Below the pieces are notes generated by a model. That model ran no database searches and was not told where the DNA came from. It saw only the letters and a program-made list of their open reading frames with translations. Shown piece by piece: positions 58,462 through 64,000 of a stretch of DNA of 64,000 nucleotides (its first letter is position 1; each line of letters opens with the position of its first letter). The stretch is from Candidatus Zixiibacteriota bacterium (GTDB lineage Bacteria > RBG-13-66-14 > B26-G2 > WVWN01). The translations under genes and the position numbers were made by a program. The stretch is from the NCBI GenBank assembly GCA_050117845.1, contig JASFLY010000004.1:134511-198510 (forward strand), written 5' to 3'.

Positions 58462-58479
58462 CTTCCAAGCCGACTATTC

Positions 58480-58509
58480 AAAAGCCGCCCCTTCCGGGGC
58501 GGCTTTTTT
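58480..58509. terminator. Bidirectional terminator (duplicated at 60215-60244)
   Basis: aaaagccgcccc-ttcc-ggggcggctttttt. Confidence 0.85.
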
Positions 58510-58531
58510 AATATGGAGGTGGCTGTCCTCT

Positions 58532-58597
58532 TTATCTGAATATGGCTTTGACCCGACCTACGTAGGCCGGCGCCACCGGGGCGTCCTGCCACGTGCG
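58532..58597 (-). pseudogene. 3'-end remnant of a GRVKAIFR-tag gene
   Basis: Minus strand reads RTWQDAPVAPAYVGRVKAIFR-stop, bounded upstream by an in-frame TAG; same position relative to the terminator as the intact gene ending at 60267. Confidence 0.75.
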
Positions 58598-58714
58598 CTA
58601 TCCCGAACGCGAGGATTATTACCGTTAACGCGTATTTGTCCTTAATTCATATTTGATTTTTTTTGGTATAAGTATATAATAGTAACGCAGGTTAACCTTA
58701 AGGAGGGTTAAGAG

Positions 58715-60196
58715 ATGAAGGGATTCAAGATATTAACCGCGGCGGTGATGCTGGTCGCGGCGGTGAGCTGGGGCGCGGACGCCAAGTACGGCGACGCGCC
58801 TTTTTACGCTGACGGCGAGGCTAACGACATTCACGATATCGGCCTGTACCATTTGGAACTCCACGGTAAATTGTGGGCCGGCAATGACAGCCACGGCAGC
58901 GGGACTTACCCCGGCGAAAGCGGTATCGTAACGCTGTATTCAGGCGATTTGTGGGTCGGCGCCCACATCACCACGGACGTTTTCGTAAGCGGCGGCGATA
59001 GAGGCGAGGAATGGCACAACGCGGCCTCGCTCATCTGGAGTGACGGCTCGAGCTGGAATTCGCGGCCTCCCTATATCGAGAAAAGGGGTGACCTCGACTC
59101 GTTCCTGATCGTGGACGATAGCGAGGCCGGAGAGGCCGGCCCCATCCCCATCCGCGTCGAGCAGCACGGCCTGCAATGGTCCGACGGCGTTAATGACGAT
59201 TACGTACTCTTCCACTACCGGATAATCAACAACAACTCTTCGAATCTGGACCCCGCTTACGTATGCCCGGTATACGACTTCGACATCGGCGGCGCGGGCT
59301 CGTACAAGGACGATAAGATAGAAGTCGACGTCACGCGTAAGATGCCCTACATGTACGACGGGGCGTCGGGTCATCCCTACGTCGGCCTCTACGTCGTGGA
59401 CGGCCAACCGTCCGCCGGCGGGGCGGTCCCGGATTGGAACGGCAACGTTGACCAGTGGAATATGATGACGTCGGGTCAGTGGTACGAAGAAACCACGCCC
59501 GACGACTACCGGGCCTTCGTGTCGAGCGGTCCCCACGTAATTCCCGCGGGTGGGAAGCTCGGTTTCGGCGTCGCGGTGGTGGCCGGGGCCACCCTGGCCG
59601 AACTCCGGGCCAACGCCGACGCGGCTTACGCCAAATACTGGGAGATTTACACCGGCCTGACGGAGTTCGCCGCCCGGCCTACGTCCCGGGGCGTGGCCGT
59701 GACGTGGACGCCGGACCGGTCTTACGCCGGCTACAACGTCTACCGCGCCGAGGGCGATTGCGCAAGCTTCGCCAAACTCAACGGGGCGACTATTACGGGC
59801 GAACCGCCCTTCACCTACGTCGACGCGGCGGTGAAGGCCTCCGCGACATACGCGTACAAACTGGAAGTGCTTACGCTGGGCGGCACGAGTGAATGGTACG
59901 GGCCGGTGGAGGTAACGACGGCCGGCCTGTCTAAAAAGTCGTTCGCGGTGCGGGGGCCGACGCCCAATCCTGTTCGCGGCCGGGCGACCTTCGCCGTGGA
60001 AACGGCCTCTGCCGGGCCGGTCCTGCTGGAGGCGTACGACCTCAGCGGCCGGCGCGTCGCGTCCACTAACGTAAACTGCGGGCCCGGCGAGACGTCGGTC
60101 TCGCTCGACGTCGGGGCCTTGCCAGCCGGCGTTTACATCTACCGGGCCTCGGCGGCCGGCGACACGGCATCCGGCAAGATGGTGGTCTCCCGCTAA
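58715..60196 (+). CDS. Secreted protein with Ig/FN3-like and T9SS/FlgD-like C-terminal domains (copy 2)
   Basis: Same length (493 aa) and colinear with 56980-58461. Confidence 0.85.
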   Translation: MKGFKILTAAVMLVAAVSWGADAKYGDAPFYADGEANDIHDIGLYHLELHGKLWAGNDSHGSGTYPGESGIVTLYSGDLWVGAHITTDVFVSGGDRGEEWHNAASLIWSDGSSWNSRPPYIEKRGDLDSFLIVDDSEAGEAGPIPIRVEQHGLQWSDGVNDDYVLFHYRIINNNSSNLDPAYVCPVYDFDIGGAGSYKDDKIEVDVTRKMPYMYDGASGHPYVGLYVVDGQPSAGGAVPDWNGNVDQWNMMTSGQWYEETTPDDYRAFVSSGPHVIPAGGKLGFGVAVVAGATLAELRANADAAYAKYWEIYTGLTEFAARPTSRGVAVTWTPDRSYAGYNVYRAEGDCASFAKLNGATITGEPPFTYVDAAVKASATYAYKLEVLTLGGTSEWYGPVEVTTAGLSKKSFAVRGPTPNPVRGRATFAVETASAGPVLLEAYDLSGRRVASTNVNCGPGETSVSLDVGALPAGVYIYRASAAGDTASGKMVVSR

Positions 60197-60214
60197 CTTC
60201 CGACCCGACTATTC

Positions 60215-60244
60215 AAAAGCCGCCCCTTCCGGGGCGGCTTTTTT
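60215..60244. terminator. Bidirectional terminator
   Basis: Identical hairpin to 58480-58509, between convergent genes. Confidence 0.85.
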
Positions 60245-60266
60245 AATATGGAGGTGGCTATCCTCT

Positions 60267-61091
60267 TTATCGGAATATGGCCTTGACGCGGCCTACGGAG
60301 GCCGGCGCCAGGGCGGCGGCCGGCGGCCACGCCACGACGCGATAGGCGTAATTGACCGCGGTGCCAGGTTCTATTACCCATAAATAATCCCCGTCCCAGC
60401 ACGCCGCCAGCGCGGTATTGAGGTTTTTTCCCATTTCCATGTCGTATTCGCTCTCGTGACCCGGCCCTTTCCACACGGCTATCATGTCGTCGCCGCCGGA
60501 GTCGTAGCCCTCGAAGAGGCGAGTCCCGCCCCCCAGAGCCGGCGCGCAGGCGACGCCGAGCGCGTGGCCGTACGGCACGGCGAAGCTGGCCATGAAGGAA
60601 CCGCTGGTGCTGAGTCGGTAGACGCAATTGGCGCTGCCGTGGTAGCTGAACCAGAAATACGGATCCTCCCAAGCCAGGCCCATAATCTGGCCCTTCGTGT
60701 CCCCACATAACGAGACCGACGCGATAACGCTCATCGTCGCCGGGGAGATTTTCAGGAGCCGCTGGTTGGCGTACGTGAACCAGTCGCAGCAGCCCGCCCA
60801 GAAGTATTGGCCGTCGTACGCAAGGCACGAATATAGCACGTCGTCGCCGGATATTTGGGAGGAGGATAATATGGAGCCGGAGGGGAAACTCCGTTTAACC
60901 AGAGAAGCCCCGGGGCTATCCATCTGGAGCGTCCAAAGGAACCCGTCCGCGTATTCCATCCCCGACGTTACGGGTTGGGACATGCTGTCGCGCAAGAGGA
61001 AACTGGAAACGATGGAGCCGAGCGGCGCGGCGCTCGCGGCCGTCGCCGCCAGCGTTATCGCGAGCAGCAACCGGCGTAATGTCGCGGCCAT
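60267..61091 (-). CDS. Secreted beta-propeller-like protein with C-terminal PASVGRVKAIFR tag
   Basis: Signal peptide ending ASA; GMEYADGFLW, LAYDGQYFW, GLAWEDPYFW and CWDGDYLW blade repeats. Confidence 0.8.
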   Translation of the reverse strand: MAATLRRLLLAITLAATAASAAPLGSIVSSFLLRDSMSQPVTSGMEYADGFLWTLQMDSPGASLVKRSFPSGSILSSSQISGDDVLYSCLAYDGQYFWAGCCDWFTYANQRLLKISPATMSVIASVSLCGDTKGQIMGLAWEDPYFWFSYHGSANCVYRLSTSGSFMASFAVPYGHALGVACAPALGGGTRLFEGYDSGGDDMIAVWKGPGHESEYDMEMGKNLNTALAACWDGDYLWVIEPGTAVNYAYRVVAWPPAAALAPASVGRVKAIFR

Positions 61092-61317
61092 CTTCGTTAC
61101 CCTCCTTCGAAAGCGTCGAAAAAAGCGGTGGACCCGATATTAATATATAAATTCAGGGCGCCGGCGTCGTCCCGGGGCCGCCCGGTATTAGTGGCCCCGT
61201 CCCCGGAAAACATTACGGTTAATTTAACCTCGGCCCCCGGCGGACCGTCGCCACGGGTGGTATCTATGGCAAAGCCGCCCCGAAGGGCGGCGGGTTTAAC
61301 GTTGCGGGTATTGCCGG

Positions 61318-62163
61318 CTACCGGAATATGGCTTTCACGCGTCCGACCGATGACGGTCGCACCGGCGGCACCCACCCCGGACAGTGAACCTTGTATATGC
61401 GGTGGTAGTCTGTCGTTGACCCCAGCCAAAGGTAATGGCTGGAGTAGGCGAATCCCAACGCCGGCCCGTACGGGAACGCGAACGAGCACATAATCGAACC
61501 GGACGTTCTGCGACCGTAAATGGCAGTTCCTTCTCTATGCCATACGTAATCCCAACGCCAGTCCCAGGCTATGTCGTAGCAACCGGGCGTTGCGAAGGAA
61601 CCGTAAATGCTGCCGGAGGTCAGGCTCTGCCGCCAGGTGTAGGCGGGCGAGTTGTCGGTGGACCACAAATACGTCGGGGCGTAACCGCCGTCGCCCGTCG
61701 CCATGACGGCCAGGCCGCCGTGCATATCGTGGTTGGCGGGGAAGGAGGCGTAGACGCTTCCGTTGGAGGGATTGCACCGGTAGATGTAGTCGGTCGAGAA
61801 GTCGCCTACCCAGAGATACTCGCCTTGAGGGAGGCCACCGCCGCCGCCGTAGCTGTAGGAGAGGCCGCGGGTGCGACTCGTCCAGGGCGAGGCGTAGGAG
61901 CTGATTACGGCCCCGGTAGCGGCGTTAAGTTGCCAAATCCGGTAGGGCCCCGTATTGCAGTAAACCCAGAGATATTGAGGTGAACCCGCCGAGACCGCCA
62001 GGGCGATAGGGTAATTCTGGGGCGCGGGGAAAGAGGCGACTATATCGCCCGTCGTGGCGAACGCCGCACCGGCCGCCAGCGCGGAAACCACCCAGCCCTG
62101 AAAAATGCGTACGGCCGCCGGCGCGCTGAGCGCCGCGGCCACCATTAACGTGCGTTCTCTCAT
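61318..62163 (-). CDS. Secreted beta-propeller-like protein with C-terminal PSSVGRVKAIFR tag
   Basis: Signal peptide ending AFA; IVASFPAP and repeated YLW and GS-x3-SF units. Confidence 0.8.
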   Translation of the reverse strand: MRERTLMVAAALSAPAAVRIFQGWVVSALAAGAAFATTGDIVASFPAPQNYPIALAVSAGSPQYLWVYCNTGPYRIWQLNAATGAVISSYASPWTSRTRGLSYSYGGGGGLPQGEYLWVGDFSTDYIYRCNPSNGSVYASFPANHDMHGGLAVMATGDGGYAPTYLWSTDNSPAYTWRQSLTSGSIYGSFATPGCYDIAWDWRWDYVWHREGTAIYGRRTSGSIMCSFAFPYGPALGFAYSSHYLWLGSTTDYHRIYKVHCPGWVPPVRPSSVGRVKAIFR

Positions 62164-62198
62164 TTCAGTTAACCCCCTTTAGTTGATCGTTCTCAAAG

Positions 62199-62227
62199 AC
62201 TATAGCACCTCCTTTCGGTTGCGTCAA
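62199..62227 (-). promoter_or_regulatory. sigma70 promoter
   Basis: Minus strand TTGACG-N17-TATAGT with TGn extension, upstream of 62163. Confidence 0.7.
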
Positions 62228-62320
62228 AGTATAATTACTGTTTAAATACTACGCCGTCGACGGTCCGGCCGTGGAGGGCGTAATACCGGGTGCAACTACG
62301 ACTAAACGGCCTACGAAATT

Positions 62321-62345
62321 AAAGCCGCCCCGAAGGGCGGCTTTT
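62321..62345 (-). terminator. Terminator after hpt
   Basis: aaagccgcccc-gaa-gggcggctttt; cUUCGg tetraloop on the minus strand. Confidence 0.7.
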
Positions 62346-62380
62346 AAATCGCGTCATATGGAGCGGTAACCGCGGCCGGG

Positions 62381-62923
62381 TTACTCCTCCGGCTCGCTTT
62401 TGAGCGAGGCTATCTCCGGGAGGTTGCGGCTGTAGCCAGCGTAGTCCAGGCCGTAGCCGATAACGAAGACCTCGCCCACCTCGAAGCCCACGTACCGCAG
62501 CGGCACCTCGACGCGCTGCATCGCCGGTTTGTAAAGCAGCGCGCATATCTCCAGGCTCCGCGGCTCGCGGATGCGGAGGTGGTCGACCAGGAACGCGGTC
62601 GTCAGGCCCGTATCCACGATGTCCTCGACGATGAGGACGTCGCGGCCTTTCACGTTCACCCCCACGTCCTTCGTGAGCACGACTTCCTCGGTCGTCTCCG
62701 TCCCCTCGCCGTAACTCACTATCTCGGCGAAGTCCACTACCAGCGGCAATTCTATCGCCCGGATAAGGTCCGCCACGAAGACGAACGCCCCTTTCAACAC
62801 GCCCACGACGACGAGTTCGCGGCCGGCGTAGTCGGCCTTGATCTGCCGGCCCAGCTCGACGACCCGTTCCTCCAATATTTCGCGCTCGAACAGGACCTTA
62901 TCGACGTTCTCTCTGAAGTCCAT
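62381..62923 (-). CDS. hpt: Hypoxanthine phosphoribosyltransferase
   Basis: VLKGAFVFVADL, LIVEDIVDTGLT PRPP motif, FVIGYGLDY; follows tilS. Confidence 0.96.
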   Translation of the reverse strand: MDFRENVDKVLFEREILEERVVELGRQIKADYAGRELVVVGVLKGAFVFVADLIRAIELPLVVDFAEIVSYGEGTETTEEVVLTKDVGVNVKGRDVLIVEDIVDTGLTTAFLVDHLRIREPRSLEICALLYKPAMQRVEVPLRYVGFEVGEVFVIGYGLDYAGYSRNLPEIASLKSEPEE

Positions 62924-64000
62924 ACGGGTTCCTTTCTCGGGCCGGCCCGGCCGTTCGGACGCACCGCAGCCGAAGTGAATCGCCGCCCGGGGCCGCGGAG
63001 GCGCCCTCGGCCAGCGCCAGCCCCGGCACCCAGATTATATCCTCGCCCTCGCATACGACGGGCCACCGCCGCCGCGCCGCCGCGGGAACGTGGCCGTCGA
63101 CGAAAATATCCTGAAGCTTTTTCCGGCCGCCCAGCCCCACCGGCCGCATGCAGTCGCCGTCCCGCCAACTCCGGGCGACAAGCCCGCCTCCGGCGAAACG
63201 GGCCGCCAGCCATACCTCGTCCAGCCCCAGGCCCCGGAGTTCGGCCGGCGCCGCCGCGAGTTCGGCCGCGACCTCGGCCGCCGCCGGCAGGAGCGCCGTC
63301 TTCCCCGGGACGTTAAGCGTGACCTCCCACGCCCGGAGTTGGGGCGCCGGCGTCCTCCGCTCGAACGTCCACCCGTCCGCCTCCCGCCGCGCGAGCACGT
63401 TCGCCGGCAGCGCCGCGGCGCCCCCCGGCCCCAGCGCCAGCACGGCCTCCACGTGGCGCCGCTCCAGCGCCCGCGTCGAGCCGACGAGGCGCCGGTAGAT
63501 ATGTCGGACCGCCCGGCCGCGATGGGCGGGCGAGAGCGCCGCCGGAAAGGTCCCGGCGAGCGAGAGGCGCCCCGGCGTCTCTTCCAGAACCAGCGCCGAC
63601 GTCAGCGCGGCCACCCGGCCTTCGAGCGCCCGTTCGTCCGCCCGGCCCGCCGCGGCCAGCGCCGCGAGGGACGTCCGCGCCCCCGGCATCCGGCCCTCCA
63701 GCATGGGGATGACGTTGTGGCGGAACCAGTTGCGTGTAAAGGCCGGGTCGAGGTTGGTCGGGTCCTCACGCCAATCGAGGCGCCGATCGGCCAGGTAGGC
63801 CAGGACCTCCGCCCGGCTGCGGTCGAGCAGCGGCCGGACGAAGATGCCCGCCGCCGGCGCCATCCCGGCGAGGCCCAGGGCCCCGGCGCCCCGCGCCAGG
63901 TTAATCAATACCGTCTCGGCCTGGTCGTCGAGCGTGTGGCCCAGCGCCACATAGTCGGCGCCGAAGCGCCGTGCCGCCCGCCGCAGGAAGGAGCGCCGGG
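62898..64000 (-). CDS. tilS: tRNA(Ile)-lysidine synthetase (5'-truncated at window edge)
   Basis: GHTLDDQAETVL, RPLL, EDPTN...RNWFRH, GGRKKLQDIFVD; frame is open to the window end. Confidence 0.95.
   Translation of the reverse strand, partial: RRSFLRRAARRFGADYVALGHTLDDQAETVLINLARGAGALGLAGMAPAAGIFVRPLLDRSRAEVLAYLADRRLDWREDPTNLDPAFTRNWFRHNVIPMLEGRMPGARTSLAALAAAGRADERALEGRVAALTSALVLEETPGRLSLAGTFPAALSPAHRGRAVRHIYRRLVGSTRALERRHVEAVLALGPGGAAALPANVLARREADGWTFERRTPAPQLRAWEVTLNVPGKTALLPAAAEVAAELAAAPAELRGLGLDEVWLAARFAGGGLVARSWRDGDCMRPVGLGGRKKLQDIFVDGHVPAAARRRWPVVCEGEDIIWVPGLALAEGASAAPGGDSLRLRCVRTAGPARERNPYGLQRERR

Noticed and set aside
1..64000. CRISPR array, rRNA, prophage
   Set aside because: No regularly spaced direct repeats, rRNA-like sequence or phage structural genes were seen.

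Overview
A high-GC bacterial chromosomal window (roughly 65% GC by eye) from a diderm, LPS-making organism (kdsB, rfaE2, T9SS/FlgD-like C-terminal domains). It is possibly an FCB-related candidate lineage, but that is a low-confidence inference. Housekeeping genes include hutU, ilvE, tRNA-Thr(GGT), recO, uvrB, rnhB, the rpsP-khpA-rimM-trmD-rplS block, rpe, hpt and tilS. The main candidate for a new system is a 12-gene, ~11 kb minus-strand cluster (11024-22180). In it, two paralogous copies of a four-gene membrane module (FN3+DUF6754-like protein, ~6-TM protein, 2-TM protein with a soluble domain, multi-TM protein) flank an orphan GlmL/MutL-type ASKHA ATPase, a barrel-sandwich-hybrid/KOW-like protein, a small protein and a secreted protein. 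No glutamate mutase subunits are present. A second candidate is a family of secreted propeller-like proteins sharing a strict C-terminal tag P[AS]S[LV]GRVKA[LI]FR (three genes plus one hidden remnant), possibly a sorting signal. Other observations are a frameshifted HEPN next to an intact MNT, an AT-rich multi-TM/UbiA fusion gene, an M28 peptidase split by a BNR propeller, two tandem gene duplications, a DnaD-like/DnaC-like pair and a REPIN-like inverted repeat. All family names come from motif recognition by eye; no searches were run.
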